Of a stretch of 39,041 nt of DNA, positions 19,026 to 28,431 are shown one piece after another. The stretch is from a virus: the IMG/VR virus record IMGVR_UViG_3300045988_101895; one strand, 5' to 3'. The translations under genes were made by a program, and so were the position numbers. Numbering within the stretch: the stretch's first letter is position 1; each line of letters starts with the position of its first letter. Under the pieces are notes generated by a model, which worked only from the letters and a program-made list of their open reading frames with translations, ran no database searches and was not told where the DNA came from.

Positions 19026-20872
19026 CAGTCGTCTATGGCCCTCCCTAAATACACAACTTCCTTGGATGACACGCTCCCGTTGGAGTTCTTTTTGGGGGTG
19101 AGGACGGTCATGTGGGCATTGCTCCCGTTCTGGTCTTTGTAGTAGATCGTTCCTTCCACGTAGCGTGGGAACGAAACGCCTGTTACAAAGGTCTTGGTTT
19201 TCCATCCGCAGTCGTAGTTGATAAGCGACACGTTGGTCGCCTGAAAGGTCTGTGTGGTCAGATTGTTGATGTCCATCCGCTTGGCTTGAGCCGTCCCCGC
19301 GAAAAACTTGTTGATGTTGGCCACTTCCGCGCTCAGATCGCTGGCCGTCACGTATCCCTTGAGGTTGACTTTGTTGGCGCTGATGGTGATGCTTTCGCTG
19401 GTCTGGTTGATGGAAGAGATCACGCCGTTTTTGGATACCTTCAGCTGGATCTCGGCGGCCTGACCGTCTATGCGGATGTTGGCGGACGATATCGCCTCGC
19501 CGTTGGCTTCCACCTTGGCCACAAGGCCGATGGTGGTATCCGAGCCGTTGAGCAGGATCTCCGTGCTGCTCAGACGCTCCCCTTGGCTGGCTAGGAGCTT
19601 TTCATTGGCCGTGATCCGCACCGTGGCCTTTTCCAGCTTGATTTCCGTCTCGCTGATCTTGTTGGCCTGCTCGTTTATGGCGATGGTGTGGAGGCGGATC
19701 AAGTCCATGTTCTCCACGATCAGCTCCTTATTCTTCTCAGCGCTGTTCCCGGCCCGGCCAGCGCCGCCCCGGGCCTTGGCAAGGTCGCTCTTGATGCTGG
19801 CGATCTGTTTTGTCAGGCTCTTTTTCCACTCGTCCTTCTCCGCGCCCAGCTTGATCTTGGTCTCCTCCGGGCGCACGTAGTCGCGCTCGATGTCCACCAC
19901 TTGGCTGGTAAATGTCTCCCCCTGTCTGGTGATGACCGCCACCAGATCGTAGAGCCGGATCTTACGGTGGCTCTGGCCGGGCAGCATCTCCATATCTTGA
20001 ACAGTGGCCGTCCCGCCGATGATGGGTTCCCGCTGGGCTTCCAGCGCCTCCCACGTCTTTTCCAGCAGTTCGCCCGCGTCTGTGATCTGTTGGTCGCTGA
20101 AGACCATTTCTTTCCGCCCGTACTTGGCCAGCGCGGCCTCGTCGGCGATCCACGTCTGGCCGGACGGTTTGTCCGCCGGGTCTCCGCCCGCCTTGCTCCA
20201 CGTCACGCCCGCAATGGTCAGCCGGGACGGGTCGTTTCCTTCGCCGGTGGCCTTACCCACGCCGTAGGCCACCGTGCAGGGGCTCCCCGTCCGGGTCAGA
20301 TACACGCTCCCCGCGTCGGTGGCGCTGTCGAAGATACGGCCCCGGAAGATGGGCTCCATCTCCTGTAGGTCAATGCAGCGGGCCGTGATGGCTCCGCCGC
20401 TGAAATCGTAATAGGGCACGACCCGCACCGCGCACGCCGTCGCCATGTCCCGCAACGCTTCCCACGCCGTCTGGTAATACACCGTCAGTGTGGCTTTCCG
20501 CTTCCCGGCAGCGGTGGCCCGGATCTCCCACGCCGTCCCCGCCAGCAGCGCCGCCGCACCGTCCGCCGGGGCGCTGTCCGTCAGCTCCACGTGTTCGATC
20601 ACCTTTTCCGTCAGTTCCGCCGCCGCCGCGTCCGTGGCGGTGATCCGCGTCACGGCCAGCAGGTCGTCCTCCTCCGTCTCGTCCACCTCAAAGAGGCGGA
20701 AACGCCCGTCCACACACCTAAAGCCGAGAAATTCCCCCGGGCGCACGCCTGCGCCCATGGTGACCTCGGCCTCCAGCTCATAGTCTTCCTCCTTGTGGAC
20801 GAGCTCACTCACGCCTCCGGGCAGCACTTTCCGCACCCTCCGCGCCGCGTCGAAGATATACACTACATCCAT
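19025..20872 (-). CDS. tail-associated (Tal-like) minor structural protein with C-terminal coiled coil
   Basis: Track ORF 19025..21145. The start MDVVYIFDAARRVRKVLPGG at 20872 is typical of the prophage-tail N-terminal region. It lies directly after Dit. Confidence 0.7.
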   Translation of the reverse strand: MDVVYIFDAARRVRKVLPGGVSELVHKEEDYELEAEVTMGAGVRPGEFLGFRCVDGRFRLFEVDETEEDDLLAVTRITATDAAAAELTEKVIEHVELTDSAPADGAAALLAGTAWEIRATAAGKRKATLTVYYQTAWEALRDMATACAVRVVPYYDFSGGAITARCIDLQEMEPIFRGRIFDSATDAGSVYLTRTGSPCTVAYGVGKATGEGNDPSRLTIAGVTWSKAGGDPADKPSGQTWIADEAALAKYGRKEMVFSDQQITDAGELLEKTWEALEAQREPIIGGTATVQDMEMLPGQSHRKIRLYDLVAVITRQGETFTSQVVDIERDYVRPEETKIKLGAEKDEWKKSLTKQIASIKSDLAKARGGAGRAGNSAEKNKELIVENMDLIRLHTIAINEQANKISETEIKLEKATVRITANEKLLASQGERLSSTEILLNGSDTTIGLVAKVEANGEAISSANIRIDGQAAEIQLKVSKNGVISSINQTSESITISANKVNLKGYVTASDLSAEVANINKFFAGTAQAKRMDINNLTTQTFQATNVSLINYDCGWKTKTFVTGVSFPRYVEGTIYYKDQNGSNAHMTVLTPKKNSNGSVSSKEVVYLGRAIDD

Positions 20873-21591
20873 TCGTTCCGCCAACTCGCTTCCATTTGGC
20901 CGCCGTCCGTGCTGGTGATCTTGTGTACCCCCGGCGTAAAGCCGGGCCGCCACAGACTGGCCGTATAGTCGATCAGGCTCTCCGCGTGGGATCCGTTTAC
21001 GGTCAGGCTCCCGCCCTTGGTGTCCATCTCCACAACCGCCTCCGCCGTGAGCGTCCCCACCAGCGTCAGAAAGGCTTTCCCGTCCAGTTTCCACACCAGC
21101 CCGTCGCTTTTCGCCGCGAGGGTCTGGCGGATAGTGGGGCGGCATACCCCGTCCCCGCTGACGGCCATTTCCGCGCCTCCCGTCCCGCTGGCCCGGCTGA
21201 TATAGGTGTCATGGGCATAGGGGCGGGGGAGGATGAACGTCACGTCCACCGTGGCAAAGCCGAAGGTAAACTCCGGCGCGGAGATACTTCCCAGCACCGC
21301 CTCGTAGGCTTTCCCCGGCCAGTGGGTCGGCTCCAGCTCTCCCACGCCGTCCCCGGAACTGGCAGCCCATCGGGCCAGCCGCGACCGGGCCTCCCACGCG
21401 TCGTCCCGCGTCCGACAGGCAATATTGATCCGCGCCACATACTCCCCTTGTTCCGTCCGCACCGCCGCGAAGGTCTCGCCGTCCCATCCTTGGACGGTCT
21501 CCACCGTCCGCTCCGGGCAGCCCGGCGGGATCTCCTTACTGATACTGATCCGCGGGTGGATGTCCCGCACGTCCACGCCGTTAAACCTCAT
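20863..21591 (-). CDS. distal tail protein (Dit)
   Basis: MRFNGVDVRDIHPRISISKEIPPG... It sits immediately after the tape measure gene. RBS GGAGGGAGCGAG. Confidence 0.7.
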   Translation of the reverse strand: MRFNGVDVRDIHPRISISKEIPPGCPERTVETVQGWDGETFAAVRTEQGEYVARINIACRTRDDAWEARSRLARWAASSGDGVGELEPTHWPGKAYEAVLGSISAPEFTFGFATVDVTFILPRPYAHDTYISRASGTGGAEMAVSGDGVCRPTIRQTLAAKSDGLVWKLDGKAFLTLVGTLTAEAVVEMDTKGGSLTVNGSHAESLIDYTASLWRPGFTPGVHKITSTDGGQMEASWRNEWM

Positions 21592-21603
21592 CTCGCTCCC
21601 TCC

Positions 21604-23601
21604 TTACGGCAGCCGAGACGCGCGGCTCGACTGTTGGCCCTGTATGGCGCTGATATCGCTGGCCGTGGCCCGCGCCACCTCGCGCCCGTTGATATTCAGC
21701 GGGATTGTCACGCTCAGGCGGTTCCGCCCCAGCGCCCCGCCGAAGTATCCGCCGTTACTCAGGCTGTACGATGGCACGGCCCCCAGCCCGCTCCCAAGGC
21801 TGGCCGCCGCCGCATTGATACGGTTGACCCAGTCCACCGTCGTAATATACGCCGCCGCGAATCCCTTACTCATCCCGTTTTGGGCGCTGATCCCCACGTT
21901 CTGGCCCGCCACGGCGGCATTCGCCCCGGCTGTATTCATCCCGTCGGTCAGCGACGTGTCCAGACTGTCGCTCATGTCCATCCCCAGTTTTCCCATCTCG
22001 TCGATGACCTGTTGTTTCTGCTCGTCCGTCAGCCCCAGCTGTTTCAGTCGGTTTGCGGCCTCGTCCTCTCCGCCCAGTGTCCACCCACTTGTCAGCAGGT
22101 CAATGGCGTTCTGTAGGCTCTCGTCGTCCAGCAGCGCGCCCTCCGCCTCTCCGATGAGTGCTTTCGCGTATTCGCTTCCGGCACTTTTCCCGGCCGCTAT
22201 AGCCGCTTTTTGGGCTTCATAGTCGTTCGGGAGATATTTTTCCATTGTTTCTTTACTTGGCTGATTTTTCAGAGAGCCCTCTACCGCCGCCCGTGCTTCT
22301 TCGTCCGACTCTCCCGCGTGGGTTCCAAAGATCCCAAAGATCCCCAGATCGTGAATGTCGTCGATAACGCCGACCGCTTTTCGCGCCACCGCTCCGATTT
22401 TTTCCACGATGTCTTCCAGCACCGGCATCAGGTCGTCTATGGTGTCGCCAAGCAGTTTCACGACCTCCGTCATCTCTACGGTCATTGTCGTCGTCAGCGG
22501 CTCCAGCTTTTCCGAGACTCCGGCCCACGCGTCGGCCAACTCCAGCTGTGCTTTCGCCGCATCCTGTAGGCTCGACGTTTTCTCGTTGTATGAATCCAGA
22601 TTGGATTTATATCCTTTCGGGGCTACGTAGGTCAGCGCCGCAATGGCCTTGGCCTCCGTCGTTCCCGCGTCGCTCATTACTTTTTCGAGTTCCTCGACGC
22701 TCCCGCCCATTTTTTCCACAAAATTTGCGAATGCGCCCGTAGGTTTCCCTGTCGCCACCGACTCCTGGAAGTCGCCGGACAGCTGCTCAAGTTTAAGGGT
22801 GTCCTTAAACATGATCGAAGCATAGGAGAATATATCCGTTGCTTTCTCCATCCAGTCGGCAGTAAGGCCCGTTTGCATCAGGTTTGTCATTGCTTCAACA
22901 GAACCGTCGAAGTCGCCCGAGAACGCCGCCATGTTGAACAGCATCTCTTTCATGGCATCCTTGTTGTGCTTTCCAGCTTCTGCGGCTACCTCGTATTGCT
23001 CCATGACACGGCGGTAGTCACGGTTGCTCTCCACAAATTCCGTCATGCCCTGTACAGCGCTGGAAATGGTTTGCGTCACCGTAGCAGCCACCTGAAAGCC
23101 TACGCTCCCCTTGATACTCCCGATGTCCTGCTGTAGGTTTTCGATTAGGTCTTTTACGCTCTTGTTGGCTTCCTCCGCTCCGTCTCCGATCCCGTCCTCG
23201 ATCTGTTTTCCGACGCGTCTACTGTCCCGCCCAAACTCCTCCGCCTCCTTGTCCGTGTCTTGGAGGCCTTTTTTCATGGTCATCAGTTTGGCGGTGGCAT
23301 TGCTCAGCTTGATTCGCCACTCGTCCGTTTTCGCACTGTTGTTTCCGTATACGGCGGCGCTTTGCCGCACCGCATTGACCAGCGCGTCCACGACCTGCTC
23401 CTGCTGGGCGATCTGTTCTTTTAGGTTCCGACTTTTCTCCGTGTAGTATTGCTGTGCGTCGCCCGTTACCTTAAATTCGGTCGCAGCCGCTTTCAGGTCT
23501 GCGTCCATAACGCGCAGATTTCGGCTCGCGTCCGCCAGCGCCTGCTTAAAGGCTTGTTCGCCGTCCAGTGCAATGCTGGTCTTGATCTCCCGCACCGCCA
23601 T
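21604..23601 (-). CDS. tail tape measure protein
   Basis: 665 aa, alpha-helical, downstream of the G/GT chaperones. Confidence 0.85.
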   Translation of the reverse strand: MAVREIKTSIALDGEQAFKQALADASRNLRVMDADLKAAATEFKVTGDAQQYYTEKSRNLKEQIAQQEQVVDALVNAVRQSAAVYGNNSAKTDEWRIKLSNATAKLMTMKKGLQDTDKEAEEFGRDSRRVGKQIEDGIGDGAEEANKSVKDLIENLQQDIGSIKGSVGFQVAATVTQTISSAVQGMTEFVESNRDYRRVMEQYEVAAEAGKHNKDAMKEMLFNMAAFSGDFDGSVEAMTNLMQTGLTADWMEKATDIFSYASIMFKDTLKLEQLSGDFQESVATGKPTGAFANFVEKMGGSVEELEKVMSDAGTTEAKAIAALTYVAPKGYKSNLDSYNEKTSSLQDAAKAQLELADAWAGVSEKLEPLTTTMTVEMTEVVKLLGDTIDDLMPVLEDIVEKIGAVARKAVGVIDDIHDLGIFGIFGTHAGESDEEARAAVEGSLKNQPSKETMEKYLPNDYEAQKAAIAAGKSAGSEYAKALIGEAEGALLDDESLQNAIDLLTSGWTLGGEDEAANRLKQLGLTDEQKQQVIDEMGKLGMDMSDSLDTSLTDGMNTAGANAAVAGQNVGISAQNGMSKGFAAAYITTVDWVNRINAAAASLGSGLGAVPSYSLSNGGYFGGALGRNRLSVTIPLNINGREVARATASDISAIQGQQSSRASRLP

Positions 23602-24136
23602 TACTCGTCACTCCAATCCGCAAGGCGCTTTCTCTTGATCCCGTGCAGCTGGTCGTCATAATCCCGCCGCTGCAAATATAGCTCCATGATTATTGACGGC
23701 GGGGTAGTGAGCGCCTCCGCCCGACTGAGCCCCGCCGTCAGCCCGTAGCCCAAGAATCTGATTGCTTTCAGGCTTCGGCGTTCGTTTTTTTTTCGAGCTC
23801 TTCCAGCACCACGTCCGTAGCGCCCTCCGGCTCGTCTTCGTCCCGGGTCATACCTTCCACAAAGGCCGTTTTCGCCAGCATGGCGGCCTTGCTGGCCTGT
23901 TTTGGGGTCAGGTGCTCCCGCAGCCAGTCCACCGTCACAGGCTCGCTCCCCCGGTCTCCCGCCGTGGCCGTGATGGCCGCCAGCTCCATACTGACCTCCA
24001 TTGGCCGCTCGTTTTCTTCCAGCCGCCGGTTCATTTCGCTCAGGCTTCCGAAGGCCGCCTCCACGTCGAACCACGCCTGTAGATCAAAGGCGAAGCGCAG
24101 CTCGCGCCCCGCCGCTTTCATTTTCAGCTCGGCCAT
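23601..24136 (-). CDS. tail assembly chaperone GT (-1 frameshift fusion product)
   Basis: The G frame ends ...EELEKKTNAEA*. The -1 frame continues KKNERRSLKAIRFLGYGLTAG... to stop 23601. Confidence 0.65.
23768..24136 (-). CDS. tail assembly chaperone G
   Basis: Start MAELKMKAAGRELRFAFDLQAWFDVEAAFGS. It lies between the major tail and tape measure genes. Confidence 0.7.
   Translation of the reverse strand: MAELKMKAAGRELRFAFDLQAWFDVEAAFGSLSEMNRRLEENERPMEVSMELAAITATAGDRGSEPVTVDWLREHLTPKQASKAAMLAKTAFVEGMTRDEDEPEGATDVVLEELEKKTNAEA
23785..23793 (-). promoter_or_regulatory. slippery A9 run for the G/GT -1 frameshift
   Basis: The minus strand reads CTC GAA AAA AAA ACG. A -1 slip gives AAC GAA CGC, which is the T-frame sequence. 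Confidence 0.65.
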
Positions 24137-24138
24137 TT

Positions 24139-24729
24139 TTAAGCCCCCGCCACGTTGGCCTTGGTGTCCAGCCACGCAATCGCCTTGGACTCCTCCGTAA
24201 AGTCTGCGTAGTCCCGGAACTTGTTTTTGCCGGTGGAATCGTTGACCACGGCCATGATGTTGCCGTTGAGGGTAGGAGTCTGCCACGTGATGCTCCCCGC
24301 CTTGGTGTTGGCCGTCTCGTTGGCCATGGAAAGCTGGGTCTTGTGATACCAGTACGCCCGATAGCTCTCAACGCTGTTGAGCCGCCGCACCCGGTAGTAG
24401 CCAAGGCCCACATAGGGCGCAGCCTCGCCCGTCTCATGGAAGACCGTCGGAGTTTGGCTTTCTCCTGCAGTCTTTTTGACCCCTAGGATTTTTTCCGCCG
24501 CGTCGTCGCTGATATCGTCAATGTTGAGGTCAATGGTTCCGCCCGTGATGCTGTTGTCGCTCTCCTTGAGCGCGTCGTTAGCATACAGGCCCTCGGTGTT
24601 GCGGTTGATGGTCACCGTCGCACTGATCGCCGCGCCGATCTCCACGCCCGCGTCATAGGTCACAGCCTGACCGGCCACTTCCGTTTTGATCGGGGCGGCT
24701 ACAACGTGCTTCATGCCCACAAATGCCAT
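24139..24729 (-). CDS. major tail protein
   Basis: 196 aa, beta-rich, immediately upstream of the chaperones. Confidence 0.75.
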   Translation of the reverse strand: MAFVGMKHVVAAPIKTEVAGQAVTYDAGVEIGAAISATVTINRNTEGLYANDALKESDNSITGGTIDLNIDDISDDAAEKILGVKKTAGESQTPTVFHETGEAAPYVGLGYYRVRRLNSVESYRAYWYHKTQLSMANETANTKAGSITWQTPTLNGNIMAVVNDSTGKNKFRDYADFTEESKAIAWLDTKANVAGA

Positions 24730-25161
24730 TTAGAGTCCACTCCTTTCAATTTCTTTGCTCATGATGTACTCCATGGCATCTATCGCCTTTGGAGTCCCTG
24801 ATTCTTCGATTTCGTCCACAAAGTGGTCGCCTTTTTTGCTTTTCCAGCCGTAGTGCAGCACAAACGCCTTTTCGGCGTTTCTGACCGGCTTTTTCCGATG
24901 CTCTTTTCTTTCTGCTCCCTGCGGGTAGACTTGGATTTCTAGGTTTCCGTCCTTGTTGATTTTGGGCTTTGTCGCCTTGACGCTCCGCAGCATTGCACCG
25001 GTCTCTACGTGGCCTCTGGCAATGATGACCCGATTCCACGTCCCGATCAGGATCAGCGCGCCCGCGTGCAGCATATCCTCCGCCATTGGGCCGGTTTTCT
25101 GGCCCAGCAGCTCCAGCCCTTTTGCGATGCCGTCTATGCCCTGCACATGGAAATTAGCCAT
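24730..25161 (-). CDS. HK97 gp10-like tail-completion/neck protein
   Basis: Start MANFHVQGIDGIAKGLELLG... Position and the GHVETGAMLRS motif fit this family. Confidence 0.6.
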   Translation of the reverse strand: MANFHVQGIDGIAKGLELLGQKTGPMAEDMLHAGALILIGTWNRVIIARGHVETGAMLRSVKATKPKINKDGNLEIQVYPQGAERKEHRKKPVRNAEKAFVLHYGWKSKKGDHFVDEIEESGTPKAIDAMEYIMSKEIERSGL

Positions 25162-25162
25162 C

Positions 25163-25477
25163 TCACCACACCTCGCAGTCAAAGAGATGGCGAATCACCA
25201 GATCCTCGCCGTCGCCCTCGCTGTCCATCAGGTACTCCACGGCCACGTTGTCCCGGTGCTGTAGCAGGTCATAGAGCGCCGCCGCGATCTCGTCGTACTC
25301 GTCCCGCGTGTATCGCTCCACCTGTACTTTCCATCCGCCCTGATTGATACCATCCGCCGAAGCGTCGATGCGCTCATACTCGGCCCACGTGGTATAGTTC
25401 CCGCGCTTGGCGCTGACGTGGTGCTTAACGTCCGGGTCTACCGTCGCCAGCAGCCGCCCAAACTCCGGCAGTGTCAT
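25163..25477 (-). CDS. head-tail joining module protein (function unassigned)
   Basis: 104 aa, located within the connector gene set. Confidence 0.5.
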   Translation of the reverse strand: MTLPEFGRLLATVDPDVKHHVSAKRGNYTTWAEYERIDASADGINQGGWKVQVERYTRDEYDEIAAALYDLLQHRDNVAVEYLMDSEGDGEDLVIRHLFDCEVW

Positions 25478-25830
25478 GCTTCCACCGCCTTTAACGTCAG
25501 GTCGGTAATGGGCTGGCCGTTATCGTCGTCGTGACCGTGATAGGCCCGCGTCACGTCGTAGCGCACGCCGGTTTTCGGTAGTTCGGTCACGTCGCCCAGC
25601 ACTACCACCGCGTGGTTGTCGATCTTTCGATTTTGGAGGATCCGGATCCGCGAGCTGGCCTCCGTGTCCTCTCGTTTCCCGTTGGGATTCACGGGCACGG
25701 TCTCAAAGTCCAGTTCCCCGTACCAGCTCTTTGCCAGTACGGTGTATTCGTATTTCGGCATTCCGCCGCCCTCTGATACGTCCTCCCGCTGAAACACAGT
25801 GCAGATACCACTATCAAGGAGCATCCTCAT
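25474..25830 (-). CDS. head closure/head-tail adaptor protein
   Basis: Track ORF 25474..25875, start MRMLLDSGICTVFQRED. Position and size are typical of this family. Confidence 0.6.
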   Translation of the reverse strand: MRMLLDSGICTVFQREDVSEGGGMPKYEYTVLAKSWYGELDFETVPVNPNGKREDTEASSRIRILQNRKIDNHAVVVLGDVTELPKTGVRYDVTRAYHGHDDDNGQPITDLTLKAVEA

Positions 25831-26104
25831 GCACCGCCCTTTCCGCCAGCCAGCGTTCCCGCCGGTATTGGGCAAGCCACGGAGGCATGGCCCCCGCGCT
25901 GTCCCTGTTCTGGTATCGCCACACGGCCAGATTCGTGAGGAGGAACGCGTCGTCGGCGCTTCCCTCCCGGATGGTGATCCCCGTCCGCTTGAGTTCTTCC
26001 TCCGCCGCGTCGATCAGCACCAGCAGGTAGTCGTCCATACTGGTATCGCTCTGTAAGCGGTTTAGACGGGATTTGACCAGCGACAGCACCGTCGTTTTGT
26101 CCAT
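25814..26104 (-). CDS. gp6-like head-tail connector protein
   Basis: MDKTTVLSLVKSRLNRLQSDTSMDDYLLVLIDAAEEELKRTGI. The N-terminal pattern is typical of this family. Confidence 0.7.
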   Translation of the reverse strand: MDKTTVLSLVKSRLNRLQSDTSMDDYLLVLIDAAEEELKRTGITIREGSADDAFLLTNLAVWRYQNRDSAGAMPPWLAQYRRERWLAERAVHEDAP

Positions 26105-26127
26105 GTGCGCCCTCCTTTCTGGAAATA

Positions 26128-26158
26128 GGGGAGCGGGCGTTATTCGCGCCCGCTCCCG
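26128..26158 (-). terminator. hairpin attenuator/terminator after the capsid gene
   Basis: The minus strand reads GGGAGCGGGCG-CGAATAA-CGCCCGCTCCC followed by CTATTTCC. Confidence 0.5.
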
Positions 26159-26162
26159 TCTC

Positions 26163-26447
26163 TTAGCTCTTAGTGACCGTCACCTTGTAGGTTCGCACGG
26201 TCGTACCGTAGGTCACCTTGATCGTCAGCACGTTAGCGCCGGTCGCCCACGTGGCAGAGCCTCCGTTGGTCACCGCCGTAGCGCCGTTTTTGATCTCGAT
26301 CTTCGCGCCAGCTTTTGCCGCCGTGGCGGTCACTTTGGCGGACGCTCCTGTGGTGGTGCTGGTGTATTCCAGCGTCTCCGGGTTAAATTTTGGAGACAGG
26401 CTCAGCGACCCTACTTCCAGCTTTTGCAGGGCCGCATTTAAGGGTTT
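26163..26447 (-). CDS. Ig-like (cadherin-like beta-sandwich) C-terminal extension of the capsid protein, reachable only by a -1 frameshift
   Basis: The -1 frame is open from 26474 to the stop at 26163. Translation is LNAALQKLEVGSLSLSPKFNPETLEYTSTTTGASAKVTATAAKAGAKIEIKNGATAVTNGGSATWATGANVLTIKVTYGTTVRTYKVTVTKS. No ATG lies upstream of the domain, and the only GTG would truncate it. Confidence 0.55.
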   Translation of the reverse strand, partial: KPLNAALQKLEVGSLSLSPKFNPETLEYTSTTTGASAKVTATAAKAGAKIEIKNGATAVTNGGSATWATGANVLTIKVTYGTTVRTYKVTVTKS

Positions 26448-27862
26448 GCGGTATCGCTGGCAAAGGTCACGTCGTCAGCGTCCGGCGCAGTACCGGCGAT
26501 GCCGATACCGACGAAGCCCTCCGCGATCACGGGCTTACCGTCGTAGCGGGCCGTACCGCGGAATACGGTCTGATCCTCGACGAAACGGTAGTGCTCACTG
26601 GTGGCCAGCTGCACGCCCGCGCGCTCGGCCAGCACATACAGCTCGCCGTAGCCGCCGATGATCTGGTTGTCCGGGATGAAGTTGAGGGTCTCGATCGCGC
26701 CGCCGATGACCGGCATCACGTCCTGCATACCCGTTACCAGCGCACCGGCGCTGTTGAGGCTCATGGCCTCCACGGTCAGCTTGAGCTTGGTCGCCTCGTT
26801 CATGGTCCAGAACTTCGCACCACTGGCGTAATCGTTTCTGGTCGCGCCGCTGATCGTCGCGATCTCCTTAAACAGCTCCACGCCGGTCTTGTTGGTGATG
26901 GCCTTGAGGTTGGTGGTATGCAGATCGGCCCACGTCCGCTCGTTGGTGGAGTAGTCGCTGGGCTTGCTGGTCTGTGCAAGTCTGGTCACGATACCTAGCG
27001 GCATTTTGGTGCCCGTGCCGTACAGGATTGCCTTGTCCAGCGCCAGACCGATGGCCCGGCCAATGGCGGTCAGTACCTCCGTGGCCAGCGCCACGTCGCT
27101 GTCCTCAAGGAGCGCATTGCAGACGGGGATAAAGCCGCCCACCTTGTAACCGTCCATCTCCACGTTTGTGAAGGTCAGGGCCAGCTCGTTGAGCTTGGCG
27201 CACATTTCCGTCCACACGGCCTCCGGGATAGCGCCCGCCACCAGCATGCGGCTAGTGCCCGGCACCTGACGCACGGTTACATGCTTGAGCAGCTTGCTGC
27301 TTTCGGCGGTCTGCTGTCGGATAATGCCCAGCATCACGTCCGGGATCGTCAGATCGCCGCCGGTGATGCTCCGCTTTTCGCGGCCTACTTCGCGCAGCGT
27401 CCGCAGGAAGCCTTTCACATCCTCCCGCGCAAAAAATGCGTCTCTCTCCTGTACGTCCATTCCAAAGAATTTCCGATTCTCCATAGGTTTTTCAGCCTTC
27501 CTTTCTTTGCGGTCTTCCGCCTTTTTGCCGGTGGAGGCGCTGCGCTCGTTGATTTCTTCCAGCTCCTTTTCCAGCTCCGCAATCTGGGCCTTGATGGCCT
27601 GTCGCTTGGTCTCGTGTTCTTCTTCCTCCGCTGCCAGCGTTTTGTCGTCCTCCTCGTACTTGGCAAGTTCGCCGTCCAGCGCTTCCTTTTCTTCCGGGCT
27701 GGTTTCCTCGGTTACTTCCTCCACCGCTTCCGTCAGTTCCGCCTCGCGGCGCTCCATTTCGACCCTGCGCTCCCGCAGTTCGGCCTCTTTTGTTTCCTCC
27801 GCCGCCAGCTCTTTGTTCAGATCCCCGATCTTTTTACCGAGGATGACCTGTCTCAATGCCAT
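26438..27862 (-). CDS. major capsid protein, HK97 fold, with N-terminal coiled-coil scaffold-like domain
   Basis: Track ORF 26438..28168, start MALRQVILGKKIGDLNKELAAEE at 27862. It lies downstream of the protease. Confidence 0.85.
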   Translation of the reverse strand: MALRQVILGKKIGDLNKELAAEETKEAELRERRVEMERREAELTEAVEEVTEETSPEEKEALDGELAKYEEDDKTLAAEEEEHETKRQAIKAQIAELEKELEEINERSASTGKKAEDRKERKAEKPMENRKFFGMDVQERDAFFAREDVKGFLRTLREVGREKRSITGGDLTIPDVMLGIIRQQTAESSKLLKHVTVRQVPGTSRMLVAGAIPEAVWTEMCAKLNELALTFTNVEMDGYKVGGFIPVCNALLEDSDVALATEVLTAIGRAIGLALDKAILYGTGTKMPLGIVTRLAQTSKPSDYSTNERTWADLHTTNLKAITNKTGVELFKEIATISGATRNDYASGAKFWTMNEATKLKLTVEAMSLNSAGALVTGMQDVMPVIGGAIETLNFIPDNQIIGGYGELYVLAERAGVQLATSEHYRFVEDQTVFRGTARYDGKPVIAEGFVGIGIAGTAPDADDVTFASDTANP

Positions 27863-28431
27863 TCTTTTTTCAGCCTCGCTTTCATCCGCTCTTTCCAGAG
27901 CTCGATCTGCCTTTTTTGGATTTCCTGATATTCCGCCGCCCGGGCGGAAATGGCGGTCTCCTTGTACGCCGGGAACGTTACGCAGGACACCTCGTAGAGC
28001 TTTACGCGCTCGATTGTCCAATGGACGGCCCCAGTTCCCGGATCCACGTCCGTCCGCTCTTGGAGGATGTCGAAACCGAAGGAGCATTGGCTCACGTCGC
28101 CCCGTTGTACCCGCGCATACAGGTTCATTGCGTCGCTGTCCTGCTCGTTGATCTCGATGCTGCCCCACAGGCCGTGCTCGTCCACTCGCAGCGTCATAGT
28201 GCCAGCCGTCGTGCGGCCCAGCACCAGACGCGTCTCGTGGTCAATCAGTGCTCGGATATCTCCGTCCAGCGTCCCGTCAAAGGCGTGGCGGTCGATGCTT
28301 TCCGTCGCCCCGTCAAAGATCTCGTAGTTGCTGTCGAACACGGCAAAGTAACCCTCGATTTTCTTTTTGCCGTTTTCCTCCCGCGTTTCAAAGCGAGTCG
28401 CGCCGCCACGGGTCTGTCGTTCACTCCTCAT
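27853..28431 (-). CDS. prohead maturation protease (HK97 family)
   Basis: Start [10 protein letters not shown] follows GGGAGGAGGTGAGAGCG. Contains IEGYFAVFDS...IDHETRLVLGRT...YEVSCVTFPAY. Confidence 0.8.
   Translation of the reverse strand: MRSERQTRGGATRFETREENGKKKIEGYFAVFDSNYEIFDGATESIDRHAFDGTLDGDIRALIDHETRLVLGRTTAGTMTLRVDEHGLWGSIEINEQDSDAMNLYARVQRGDVSQCSFGFDILQERTDVDPGTGAVHWTIERVKLYEVSCVTFPAYKETAISARAAEYQEIQKRQIELWKERMKARLKKEWH

Noticed and set aside
20896-22116. Long plus-strand ORFs antisense to structural genes. Examples are 20896..22116 (406 aa), 7639..8589 (316 aa), 27285..28151 (288 aa), 21425..22222, 15357..16040 and 16542..17060.
   Set aside because: They are R/P/G/A-rich with no RBS. 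They lie antisense to ORFs that have clear phage-family signatures. Long spurious ORFs are expected in GC-rich DNA.
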